From: Octopus bimaculoides
Lineage: Eukaryota
NCBI RefSeq assembly: GCF_001194135.2
Contig: NC_068982.1
Span: 52,537,296-52,601,295, forward strand
Direction: 5' to 3'
DNA length: 64,000 nt
Shown: positions 12,950 through 25,334 of the stretch, piece by piece
How the letters are laid out: each line of letters begins with the position of its first letter
Position numbering within the stretch: position 1 is the stretch's first letter
Made by a program: the position numbers and the translations under genes
Notes under the pieces: generated by a model
What the model saw: only the letters and a program-made list of their open reading frames with translations
Database searches by the model: none
What the model was told of the DNA's origin: nothing

Positions 12950-13230
12950 TGGCAGCTACGAGAGTTGGACATAAAAGTTATCCCTATTGTCATTGGAGCA
13001 TTGGGTTTTCAATACGACCCAATCTGAAAAAAAAAACATCTGAAAACCTTAGAGATACCCTACAATCTAGGTGTATAACCAAAGTCGGCATTACTTGGAA
13101 CTGCACGCATATTGCGTAAAATACTGTCTGTCTGAGGTCCTTGTTGGGACTTGACAAACAGTACAAACCCCCGGCAGACACAATATCTTCAATCAACAAT
13201 CTCACGATATCGTATACTATGCGACGTCTA
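12950..13230 (+). mobile_element. 3' end of a second R4/Dong-like family followed by (AAC)/(AAT)n
   Basis: KVIPIVIGALG..LKTLEIPYNLGV..SALLGTAHILRKILSV*, then a distinct 3' UTR and a TAA array. Confidence 0.8.
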
Positions 13231-13299
13231 TAACAACAACAACAACAACAACAACAATAATAATAATAATAATAATAACAATAATAATAATAATAATAG

Positions 13300-13907
13300 T
13301 GGGTCTTGTTTAGGCACAAAGCTAGAAATTTTGTGGGAAAGGGGAATAGTCGATTACATCGAGTTAGCACTTGATTGAGGGGTTAACTTCAGCGGGATTT
13401 GAACTCAGAGCGTAATGAGCCGGATAATATGCTGCAAAGCATTTTTCCGACACTCTAACGATTCTGCTTGCTGTCCGCCTTAAATGATTTCTTATTTAAG
13501 CAAAAGGCTATCAATTGTGAGGAGAGGGGTTAGTCGACGCTTTCGTCTCCGTTACCTCACTGGCACTTTATTTTATCGACCCCAAAAAGAAAAAAAAATT
13601 AAAGACCGCTGCGGTATTTGAAATCATAACGTAAAGGTTGGAAAGAAATATCACAGAATATTTTCTCCAACTCTCTTACGATTCTTATTTCTTTATTGCC
13701 CACAAGATGCTAAACATAGAGGGGACAAACAAGGACAGACAAAGGGATTAAGTCGATTACATCGACCCCAGTGCGTAACTGGTACTTAATTTATCGACCC
13801 CCGAAAGGATGAAAAGCAAAGTCGACCTCGGCGGAATTTGAGCTCAGAACGTAACGGCAGACGAAATACCGCTAAGCATTTCGCCCGGCGTGCTAACGAT
13901 TCTGCCA
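13300..13907 (-). mobile_element. Three tandem family-1 SINEs
   Basis: Copies at about 13300-13482, 13490-13690 and 13685-13907. Confidence 0.8.
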
Positions 13908-14717
13908 CATCGACATATTCCTCATTCCCAGCATCACCTCCACCATCACCACCACCACCACCAGTCTCACCATCGCCACCACCTCTACCAGTATCAGCAT
14001 CGTCACCGCTGCTACCACCATCAGTGATTTCACCCTCTAATCATTGTAATTACAAACAGAAATAGTGGTGGCAGCTCTATAGCTATATATTACCGTGTTA
14101 CTCATCACCATCATCATCATCATCATCATCGTCATCATCACTATCAGCAGCATCAGCAGTAGTATATGCATCAATGACCTCAGAAACAGCAGTGGGGGGT
14201 TCTATCATTAACTACATTATAAAACATCAAACAAAAACATTGCCTGATTGTCCTTATTCTTTTTATCCGTTATTTATTTATTCATTATTGTTTATGCATC
14301 TTCTTTCCCTGATTGTTTCATTCTTTTGCACGTTCTCTTTCTTTCATATTTTCCTTTTCTCTTTGTTTCACATTTCTTTCTTTTGTTTCTTTCATTTTTT
14401 TTTTGTTTTGTTTTAGTCAGTTCCCTGGTGGCGCCCATGTCCTTTACAACAAGGTTCACAACCTCCGGGGCTGCTGACCATTTGGTACTGGGCCGCCTAA
14501 AAAGAATAAATTTTTCAATTTTATTTCCTTTATATTAGCTATCGCAGTCTGTAGGGCATTTTTGCATTACATATGTAATATGCATGTATTGTACATACAC
14601 ATGTAAATATATATATGTGTGTGTGTGAGCGTGTGTGTATGTATATATGTGTACATGTGCATGTGTGTATGTATATATATGCATATCTACATGTGCGTGT
14701 GCGTGTGTGTGTAATAG

Positions 14718-14905
14718 GGCGGCGAGCTGGCAGAATCATTAATACAGCGGACAAAATGCTAGGTGAGTTTCGTCCGTCTTTATCTTCTGAGTTCAAACGT
14801 CACCGAGGTCGACTTTACCTTTCATCCTTTCGTGCTCGAGGGTCGATGCAATCGAGTTACCCCTCTCCCGAAAATACTGGCCTTCTTCTAAAATTTGAAA
14901 CCAAT
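14718..14905 (+). mobile_element. Family-1 SINE
   Basis: GGCGGCGAGCTGGCAGAATC..GAGTTCAAAC..GTCGACTTTACCTTTCATCC. Confidence 0.85.
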
Positions 14906-14938
14906 ATGTATTAATTAAATCATATATTATGCACTTGG

Positions 14939-15145
14939 TGGAGGTGCGTGACTTAGTGGTCAGGGGGGTTTCACTCATTATCGTAAGATTGTGGGTTCGA
15001 TTCCAGGATGCGTTTTCTCCTTGAGCAAAACACTTCATTTCATGTTGTTCTTGTCCACTCAGCTAGTGAAAATGAGTAGCATGTTGAAGTTGCGACAGGC
15101 ATGGCATACCGGCGCAATGGATGGTGAACGTGCCAACAAAAAAAA
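14939..15145 (+). mobile_element. CORE-type SINE, short variant
   Basis: GGAGGTGCGTGACTTAGTGG head; TTGAGCAAAACACTTCATTTC core; poly-A end. Confidence 0.7.
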
Positions 15146-16027
15146 AAAAAAAGGCCTCGGTGTGGTCGGGAACTTCAGTACACACAGGTCCTAGGCCTAC
15201 TTGGGTTTACTTTTCTTTTATTATGCCCTTTGTTGTGTGTTGTTATGCGCACGATCTCCTGGTCCATCAAAAAATTGTCTTGCATTGAACCAGATCGTGT
15301 TGCAAAAGAAAAAACTGGACATCGCTGCATTACCAAAACTTCCATACTGATGGAGGACAAAGGGAGAACAGGAAACACTGACATATTGATTGCAGCGGTT
15401 GAAGCAACACAACATGACATTAAATTATTCTCGGACCGGAGGCATGGCCTGGATGCTTGCAATCATTTGGCCTTTGCTAAATACATCTAAGGTCTCTACT
15501 AACCAGTGAACTTCTGCGTAGTTACACTCTATCTAAATTTTCAGTTTTACGATTTTGATCGATGTATAACTATTTCAGATGACACTCAAGGTGCTTGGCA
15601 TTAGGATCGAACTCTTAATCATATCGCCTTGGATTAAGAGAAATTGAAGTTGTGTAAAGTCCATGTGTTGAAAGAGTTGAGTGTTAAATGAATTCTATTT
15701 GACTCACAAAAAGGAATAATTTCTCATTCAACAGTAATGCTCTTCTGAAAAATACATCCTATTCGACTATTTCATTCGTATGAGGTACATTAAAGTCTAT
15801 GCATACATACATATATATTCTTTTGCATGATTCGATCAAGCTGGAGCAGCCCTTAAAGGGTTTTAGTCGAAGAAATTAACCCCAGTACTTATTCTTTGTA
15901 AGCCTAGTATTTATTCTATCGGTGTCTTTTGTTGAAATGCTAGGATACGGGGGCGTAAATACACCAACGTCAGTTGTCAAACGATGGTAGGGGACAAATA
16001 TCGACTCAAAGACACACGCACACATAA

Positions 16028-16063
<36 letters not shown>

Positions 16064-18083
16064 NNNNNNNNNNNNNNNNNNNNNNNNNNNNNNNNNNNNN
16101 NNNNNNNNNNNNNNNNNNNNNNNNNNNNNNNNNNNNNNNNNNNNNNNNNNNNNNNNNNNNNNNNNNNNNNNNNNNNNNNNNNNNNNNNNNNNNNNNNNNN
16201 NNNNNNNNNNNNNNNNNNNNNNNNNNNNNNNNNNNNNNNNNNNNNNNNNNNNNNNNNNNNNNNNNNNNNNNACACACACACACACACACAGAGATGTCCT
16301 TGCCTTCGAAACGTGGAGTAGATGGAGCAGGGACAACTGAAGAAGGGTAATATTCTTTATGTTGCATGTCTCGTTTCTCTGTTTTTTTCGTTGTTCGGAA
16401 AAAAAGTTCGTTTTCTATCTTCGCCTTTATGTTTTCGTTTCTCATTGTGTTTAACGTTCTTTGTGATATCCTGTACCCATATATGCATGTATGTATACAT
16501 ATAGATGTAGGTATGTACATATATGTATGGATATATGCATATAATTATATATCATTTATGTTATATGGACTAAGCGGAGCAAGAGCACACACGAGGACGG
16601 AAAGTGCCGGTGAAGAAGTTACAGATATGTGACGAGAGATTTCCGGACAATGGACATGAGTTAGAATAAGAACATTTATAAACGAGTGAAGAAAGAATAT
16701 ATAGTCCGTGTGTTTATTTGGCAAAAAAAAAAAAAAAAATGACCGTCCCGAAATACAACAATATATATATTTTATGTAAATTCTTATAGTTTGCTCATAT
16801 ATATATATNNNNNNNNNNNNNNNNNNNNNNNNNNNNNNNNNNNNNNNNNNNNNNNNNNNNNNNNNNNNNNNNNNNNNNNNNNNNNNNNNNNNNNNNNNNN
16901 NNNNNNNNNNNNNNNNNNNNNNNNNNNNNNNNNNNNNNNNNNNNNNNNNNNNNNNNNNNNNNNNNNNNNNNNNNNNNNNNNNNNNNNNNNNNNNNNNNNN
17001 NNNNNNNNNNNNNNNNNNNNNNNNNNNNNNNNNNNNNNNNNNNNNNNNNNNNNNNNNNNNNNNNNNNNNNNNNNNNNNNNNNNNNNNNNNNNNNNNNNNN
17101 NNNNNNNNNNNNNNNNNNNNNNNNNNNNNNNNNNNNNNNNNNNNNNNNNNNNNNNNNNNNNNNNNNNNNNNNNNNNNNNNNNNNNNNNNNNNNNNNNNNN
17201 NNNNNNNNNNNNNNNNNNNNNNNNNNNNNNNNNNNNNNNNNNNNNNNNNNNNNNNNNNNNNNNNNNNNNNNNNNNNNNNNNNNNNNNNNNNNNNNNNNNN
17301 NNNNNNNNNNNNNNNNNNNNNNNNNNNNNNNNNNNNNNNTATATATATATATATATATATATCTACATATATGCATGTATATGTGTGTATGTCTGTGTGT
17401 TAAATTCCTATCCATACTACTGTCTCATGTTCTGAACCATAAATCTGAAAACCATTCCCATGTCCGCTCGATCACTATTAAAAAGATTCTTATTTATCGA
17501 AATCCGGTTTCGATTCCTGGTTGGAGTCATTTCATTTCACCTACACCGGCCTAACGGTTCTCGAGCTTTAAATCCATGAACACCTCAATCTCATTCGTCA
17601 CATACTACCTCAGTTGTCACTAACCTCATAACATGTAAAAATTCTTCGAGTAAAAGTTGAAGCCTCGATATGGTCGAACGACTTGTTAGAAACAGCAGCT
17701 AAATGCCTTTCAAATTATACTCTGGAAGGGGAATATTGGTAATATAAGCCCTGTATACAATGAAAGATTGAACAACGTTGATCGTTGATTTACTTCATTA
17801 GGTGTGATCCCACGGGAAACAACTACCTCAACAAATAAAGACTTGTATAATTTCTTTTGTATCTTTGCATTTCCTTCCTTCCCTTTTCTTTCTTTTGTTA
17901 TTTCTTTTACATTTTTGCCCGTTTTATCTTTCTGGTTTTGCGCCTAAGTTGTTCGTCCTTTTCCAAGCTTGTTTCTTTAGCCTTTTTCTTTTACTTTCCT
18001 TCTTTTCCACCTCCTAATTTATCGTTCATCTCTTGTTTTTCTTCGTCTTTCATTCTTTTGCTCATTCTTCTCACCTCTTTATT

Positions 18084-18114
<31 letters not shown>

Positions 18115-18380
18115 CTTTTTCTTTTTTACTTTAATCTTTCTAATCGTCATTCTCTCATTTCTTTCTTTCTATATCTTCTTTTACGCATACATTCACTTTT
18201 TCACTTCTTCCTCCTTTTTTTCTCACTGCGAAGCACAGTTTGGCTGGGAATCATGTTGCTATAGCAACATGTCTGGCGCTGCTATCAAAACAAACGAAAC
18301 TTGTGTATAGTTGCAATCACTGTTCATAGAATGTCGAATCGAAGCGTTGGTCGGTCATGTGAAAGGAAACCACTCCCTAA

Positions 18381-18414
<34 letters not shown>

Positions 18415-18830
18415 NNNNNNNNNNNNNNNNNNNNNNNNNNNNNNNNNNNNNNNNNNNNNNNNNNNNNNNNNNNNNNNNNNNNNNNNNNNNNNNNNNNNNN
18501 NNNNNNNNNNNNATATATATATATATATATACATTCATGTATGCATCTATGTAGTCATCTACGCAGTTCTCTCCCTCCCTTCGCCTCTCTGTCTCTCTCG
18601 CTTGCTTTCTATTTACTTTTTAGTCACTGGTTCTGTTGTGGTCGTCGTTGATGGAAATAGTCATCGCAGCCGTCACACCACCAGAGCCATCACAAACACC
18701 AACACCACTACAAAAAGTATTACCGGTAACGTTAATAACCATGCTGCCTGCTGCTACTGTTGCTGCTGTTACTGTTGCTTCCGCTGCTGCTGTCACTGTT
18801 ACTACTACAACAACACTATAATGATGATCC

Positions 18831-19241
18831 TTTCTACTGTGGACACTAGGTCTGAAATTTTTTGGGGGAAGGGGGAGTAGTCGATTACAATCGATTCCAG
18901 TGTTTCACTGGTACTTAATTTATTGACCTCGACAGGATGAAAAGCAAAGTCGACCCTGTCGGATTTTTGAACTCAAAACGTAAAGATGGACGAAATACCG
19001 CTAAGCATTTCGCCCAACGTGCTAATGACTCTATCAGCTCACCATCTTATTAAATAATAATAATAATAATAATAGTAATAATAATAATAATAATAATAAC
19101 ATACAGAAAATTGCACTACTGGGCACTGCACACTTTCAATACAGTAACCATAAGAGCATCACAACAAACCACAGCACATACCCAAGGCACAAAGAGCTGC
19201 GCTCGGTAGTGAAGTGAAAGTACGTTATAAAAATAAAACTA

Positions 19242-19310
<69 letters not shown>

Positions 19311-20787
19311 CCTTTCTACTAAAGGCACAAGGCCTGAAATTTAGGGGGAGGAATTAAATCGATTACGTCGGCCCCAGTACTCAACTGGAAATTAATTTAT
19401 TGACCCCGAAAAGATGAAAGGCAAAGTCGACCTGGACGGAATTTAAATTCAGAACATAGCGACGGGTGAAATACAGTTAAGAATTTCGTCCTGCGTGCTA
19501 ACAATTCTGGACACAAGGCCAGCAATTTTGAGGGGAGGCGCCAAAACATTGCACCCAGTATGTCAATGACACTTTATTTGATCGACCCTGAAAGGATGAA
19601 AAGCAAAGTTGACCATGACAGTATTTGAATTCAGAACATAAAGAGCTGGAATAAGCATTTTGCAACGTGACTCAATGATCTTGTCAGCTCACCACCTTAA
19701 AAAATCCTTTGTACCATAGGCACAAGACTTGACATTTGTGGGGAGTGGGGTAGTCGAATATGTCGATCTCAGTTCTTAACTGATATTTATTTCATTGATC
19801 TCAAGTGTATGAAAGGCAAAGTCGATCTCGGCAAAATTTTAATTAAAACCCTAAAGATGGAAGAAATGCCGCTTAGCATTTTGTCCGGCGTGCTAGTGAT
19901 TCGGCCACTTTGCCACCTTAATAATAGTTCTTTCAAATTTTTGTACGAGGTCATTAATTTTAGGGTGGGGGAAAGGTAAGTTGATTACATCAATCTCTAG
20001 TGCTCAATAGGTACTTATTTTATCGAACTCCTGAGGATGGCGTTTGAACTGAGAACGTAAAGAGCCGAATGTAATGCTGCCAAGCATTTTGTCTGATGTG
20101 GTAACGATTCTGCCAACTCGTTGCCTTAAAATACTTTTGGAAGGACTCCTCCGGAAGAAAAGAAAGAAAAAAATGGGTAAATTAATTATTATTTCTTTAT
20201 TTGCCACAACAAGCAAAGATGAGAGGACTGGACAAAAACAGTTTTGGTTCGCAAAGAATAAAGAGTATATATAGAAAATATGCTTGATGAAAAAAGACAC
20301 CCTTATAAAACAAGAAATAAAATTATATTTTCCTACCGAGGGATTCCCATCTAGGGCCAAATAAAACCCCACAAATGCTGGTTTCAAAGGCCAGCAATTT
20401 CGGGGGAGAAGATAAGCCGATGACATCGAATACCAGTGTTCAACTGGTAGTTATTATATCGACCCCCGAAAGGACGTAAGACATAATTGACCTCGGCGGA
20501 ATTTGAACTCAGGACGTACAGACGGATGAAATGAAATGTCACTATGCATTTTATCCGGCGTGCTAACGATTCATTTCTACTCCAGGCACAAGGCCCGAAA
20601 TTTTTGGGGAGGGGGCCAGTCGATTAGATCGACACCAGTACGCAACTTGTACTTAATTTATCGACTTCGAAAGGATGAAAGGCAAAGTCGACCTCGGCCG
20701 AGTTTGAACTCAGAACGTAGCGGCAGACGAAATACCACTACGCATTTCGCCCGGCGTGCTAACGTTTCTGCCGGCTCGCAGCCTTGC
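18831..20787 (-). mobile_element. Cluster of seven family-1 SINEs, all on the minus strand
   Basis: Copies at about 18831, 19309, 19511, 19703, 19928, 20375 and 20574, of visibly different divergence. Confidence 0.85.
19096..19246 (+). mobile_element. 5'-truncated R4/Dong-like 3' end inside a (TAA)n array
   Basis: ATACAGAAAATTGCACTACTGGG..AGAGCATCACAACAAACCACAGCACATAC..ACTACTG matches 31830-31995; TAA arrays on both sides. Confidence 0.88.
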
Positions 20788-21618
20788 CAAATAGTAATAT
20801 CAATACTACCACCANNNNNNNNNNNNNNNNNNNNNNNNNNNNNNNNNNNNNNNNNNNNNNNNNNNNNNNNNNNNNNNNNNNNNNNNNNNNNNNNNNNNNN
20901 NNNNNNNNNNNNNNNNNNNNNNNNNNNNNNNNNNNNNNNNNNNNNNNNNNNNNNNNNNNNNNNNNNNNNNNNNNNNNNNNNNNNNNNNNNNNNNNNNNNN
21001 NNNNNNNNNNNNNNNNNNNNNNNNNNNNNNNNNNNNNNNNNNNNNNNNNNNNNNNNNNNNNNNNNNNNNNNNNNNNNNNNNNNNNNNNNNNNNNNNCAGC
21101 AGCAACAACAACAACAACAAAAATAACACCAGTACCGGCTTTACTAGCTTCCACTGCTTCCGATGTAAGCCACACCCATCTCTATCGTCATCATCATCCT
21201 CACCACCGCCGCCGCCAGCAGCAGCAGCAGCAGCACCACCACCACCACCACCACCACCACCATTACCAATGCCTTAACAACAACAACAACAAAAAACCGT
21301 CAACTATACTATCACTAACAACTGTTATTATTACAATCTTTTTCTATTCACTGCTGTAACCACCATTGTTTTATCGCTGTCTTATTGTTTACAGTAGTAG
21401 CAGCAATTGCAGTACTAGCACCACCAACACCACCACCACCACCAATTGTGCCGCTACCAACACCTCCACCATGCATAAATATCCTTACCAACATCGTTCT
21501 TATCACCGAAGCTGAAATTCTGTCATTATACTATTCACATTGCAATAGACACAGCAATGCCAACAATAACAAGAACATCAAAGACAAGACGGACAGTAGC
21601 AAAGAGAGCTACAACTGC

Positions 21619-21668
<50 letters not shown>

Positions 21669-21671
<3 letters not shown>

Positions 21672-21888
21672 TCCTTTCTATAAAAATCACAAGGCTTGAA
21701 ATTTGGTGGGTGGGTAGGGGGTGGGGGGTAAATCGATTATATCGACCTCAGTGTCCCGCTGGTGCTTAATTTATCGACCCCCGAAAGGATGAAAGGGGAA
21801 GTCGACCTCGGTGGAATTTGAACTCAGAACGTAACGACGGTCGAAATACCACTAACCCCTTTTGCCCGGCGTTTTAACGATTCTGCTA
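21669..21888 (-). mobile_element. Family-1 SINE
   Basis: Consensus match with an (AAT)n tail at about 21620-21668. Confidence 0.88.
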
Positions 21889-21950
21889 CATGTGCGTGCG
21901 TGTGTGTTTCGTTTTGCTCTTGTCGCAAATATTACTATTATTATTATTAT

Positions 21951-22167
21951 TAGGCGAACTGGCAGAGTTGTTAGCACGACGGGCGAAATGCTTAGCAGTA
22001 TTTCGTCTGTCTTCAAGTTCTGAGTTCAAATTCCGCCGTGGTTGAATTTACCTTTCATCTTTTCGGGGGTTCAGTAAAATAAGTAAGTACCAGTTTAGTT
22101 CTTGGGTCGATGTAATCGACTAACCCTCTCCACCACAATTTTAGGCTTTGTGCTTACAATAGAAATG

Positions 22168-22168
<1 letters not shown>
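21951..22168 (+). mobile_element. Family-1 SINE, inverted relative to the 21669 copy
   Basis: Consensus match with an (ATT)n tail. Confidence 0.88.
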
Positions 22169-22206
<38 letters not shown>

Positions 22207-22745
22207 GAGTGAGAGAGTTAGTACATGCTATCAAAGTGACACTGGGGTAAAATAAACAAAGCCAAGTATACCCATCATGACTACCCGTCTGATAAGAGTA
22301 CACCAGGCACATGCATCACAACCATATGTACGCAACACAGTGATCTCATATCAAGATAAACAACGCATGACATTGCCGGTTGGGCCCAGTTAGAATCTTC
22401 TACAGGTCAAGCAGCCCATCCCGCTCAAAATTACCCTGAATAAGGGTTGTTTAAGGATGTTGAACGAAACACCCATGTTTCCAGATGTGAATTATCCAAA
22501 CACCAAATAATTCCTCTCAGCATACGGCTATAATGCCCCCTCACTTCTCCTGCTCGTGATCAGAGATGCACTTATCGTCAGCCACTAAGGGACATGCTCA
22601 ACTGGTTAAGGTCAAACAACTGACAAAGCAAACCTGTGGTATTGAGCAGAATATTTGCTGTAGCCCATCTTTTTATACCAAGTCAAAACAATCAGTTAAG
22701 ATCAGAAGCCATGAGAGTCACTGCCTGGTACTGCATCAGGGCATT
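22207..22745 (-). mobile_element. About 540-bp non-coding element embedded in a (TAA)n array; probable non-autonomous retroelement (strand inferred)
   Basis: Complex sequence bounded sharply by ATT arrays at 22168-22206 and 22746-22818; no credible ORF. Confidence 0.55.
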
Positions 22746-22753
22746 TATTATTA

Positions 22754-22811
<58 letters not shown>

Positions 22812-24124
22812 TATTATAGCGACAAGAACAAAACAGAATGAACAGCAGAAAACAGCAATAGAAATAATGATAATAGCTATTATAGGGGCAACTACACGAC
22901 GATATTAGCAACACCGGAAATTGCAACAATAGAAGTGGCAGTAAATATAATAACAGTAATAATGAAACAAGGAAGAGGTTCTAAATGGTAGTGAAACCTT
23001 CACAAAATAGAAACTGAATCTTCATCTTAGAAAAGAGGAAGGACACATTGGGGGTGGTCACGGCTAGAACGCATTTGATCATGGATTGCTCGATCAGGGC
23101 TGATCTCAGGCTGAACTGTAACAATAGACGCAACTAGCCAATGATGGAGTAGCTATGTGTGAATTGAAAATTGTAGTCCTAGATACATATACGTACGAGA
23201 GAAAGAGAGAGAGAGAGAGAGAAAGAGAGACGGAGAGGCGGAGAGAGAGAAAGAGTAAGAGAAAGAGGGAGAGAGGGAGGAAGGGAAGGAAAGAAAAAGA
23301 GAGTGAAGAACTGGTCAAGGATAGAATACTTTTCATCATAAGCTTGCCCGATCAGATGTGACCGAGCCTTCAACAGCACAGGAACAGAAATAATGGCTTC
23401 ACTTACATCAATTAAGAGCAGCACAAGCAGAAGCCAGAACAACAATTATATAAGCAGCAGTAGAAGCAGCCACAGCAGCCACAGCAGCAACAGCGTCAAA
23501 AAACAAACAAAAGCAGCAGTCAAACTGTTAGTGACAGTAACAGCAACAACAACAACAACAGCAACAACACGAATAGCTACAAATACAACAATAACAACAG
23601 CAGCAGCAGCAACAACAGGAGCAGCAACAGCAGCAGCAGCAGTAGTAAAAGTGTGGCTCTATGGAAAGAGGTTTGCTTCCAAACCGCATGGTTCCGGTAN
23701 NNNNNNNNNNNNNNNNNNNNNNNNNNNNNNNNNNNNNNNNNNNNNNNNNNNNNNNNNNNNNNNNNNNNNNNNNNNNNNNNNNNNNNNNNNNNNNNNNNNN
23801 NNNNNNNNNNNNNNNNNNNNNNNNNNNNNNNNNNNNNNNNNNNNNNNNNNNNNNNNNNNNNNNNNNNNNNNNNNNNNNNNNNNNNNNNNNNNNNNNNNNN
23901 NNNNNNNNNNNNNNNNNNNNNNNNNNNNNNNNNNNNNNNNNNNNNNNNNNNNNNNNNNNNNNNNNNNNNNNNNNNNNNNNNNNNNNNNNNNNNNNNNNNN
24001 NNNNNNNNNNNNNNNNNNNNNNNNNNNNNNNNNNNNNNNNNNNNNNNNNNNNNNNNNNNNNNNNNNNNNNNNNNNNNNNNNNNNNNNNNNNNNNNNNNNN
24101 NNNNNTATATATATATATGTATGT

Positions 24125-24470
24125 ATGTATGTATGTATGGCATGGACTCTCCCGACGTCAGAGGGTTCGGCAATTTCTTGCCGAGCAACCACACAGATGA
24201 TTTGTTTATAGAGATCGTATGTTTGTGTACGCATAAGCTCACTCCCTCCATCAAATCGACATGACCTGTATAGGTGCACCGTGTGCATACGTGTGCGACC
24301 ATACCTGTACAGGTGCACCGCGTGCCACCGAGTACCACCGTGTGTCACATGATGAAATTATCGCAGAGCAACGTGAAACGAAGTGCTATGCTCAGAAACA
24401 CAACGCAACGTCCGGTCTCGCAATTATGAGTGCAACACCCTAACCACTAAACCATGCGCCTCACATGCGC
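24125..24470 (-). mobile_element. CORE-type SINE with a different long tail
   Basis: GAGGCGCATGGTTTAGTGGTTAGGGTG head; TTGTGTTTCTGAGCATAGCACTTCGTTTCACG core; tail not shared with other copies here. Confidence 0.7.
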
Positions 24471-24560
24471 CTTCACATGCATATATATATATATAATGTA
24501 ACCTCGTGGGCATCGGTACCATTTTCCTCTTTCTCCGTTCTTCCATTCTCCGAACTTTCC

Positions 24561-24593
24561 ATCTTTCAGACGAAGGGCTACGCCCGAAACGTC
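24561..24593 (+). ncRNA. Degenerate minimal hammerhead motif (family 2)
   Basis: ATCTTT-CAGACGA-A-GGGC TAC GCCC-GAAAC-GTC; U4 is mutated and stem I is broken. Confidence 0.5.
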
Positions 24594-24690
24594 ATACACT
24601 CTCTCTTTCCTTTCCTGAGCGTCCAATAATACTATCCATATCACGTCCTCACTTTGTTGTTTTTTTGTTTTTTTGTTATTGTTTTTTTTA

Positions 24691-24740
<50 letters not shown>

Positions 24741-24783
24741 GTATGTATGTGTGCGTGTGTGTATATATATATGTGTGTCTGTA

Positions 24784-24828
<45 letters not shown>

Positions 24829-25334
24829 ATGTATATATCTATATGTGTGTGTCATTGTGCCTGTGTTTGTCTCTCACCACCGTCTGATAATCGGTGATGG
24901 TGTATTTATATCCCCGAACTTAGCAATGTAGAAAAAGAGTCCGATAAAATAAATACCAGGCTTTAAAAAAATAAGTACTTGGAACGATTCGTTCGACTAA
25001 AATTCTTCAAGGTGGTGCTCCAGCATCGCCACAGTCTAATGACTGAAAAGGTAAAAAAAAAAATGAAAAAAAAACAGGTACACGAACAACAACTACAATA
25101 ACAACGACAGTTTTAGCCTCAGCGACGTCATCGCCAATAACAACAACAACAGCAACAGCTGCAACAGTAGAAACGAGAACAATAGAATCGACAACAATAG
25201 TCTTAACAGCAATGTACCAACAACAAAATCAGTAATGGATCTCCAGCAGTTTCGGCGACGAGTATTCAGTTGTTGGTCGATCATTGAATTACGTGGTTAA
25301 GTAATCCAAAGACAAGTGTACTCTTAGCGTAATC

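Noticed and set aside
15230-15490. 86-aa ORF as a host exon
   Set aside because: Weakly resembles an RTE C-terminus (IL.G..GR, A.DR..W); too degraded to call either way.
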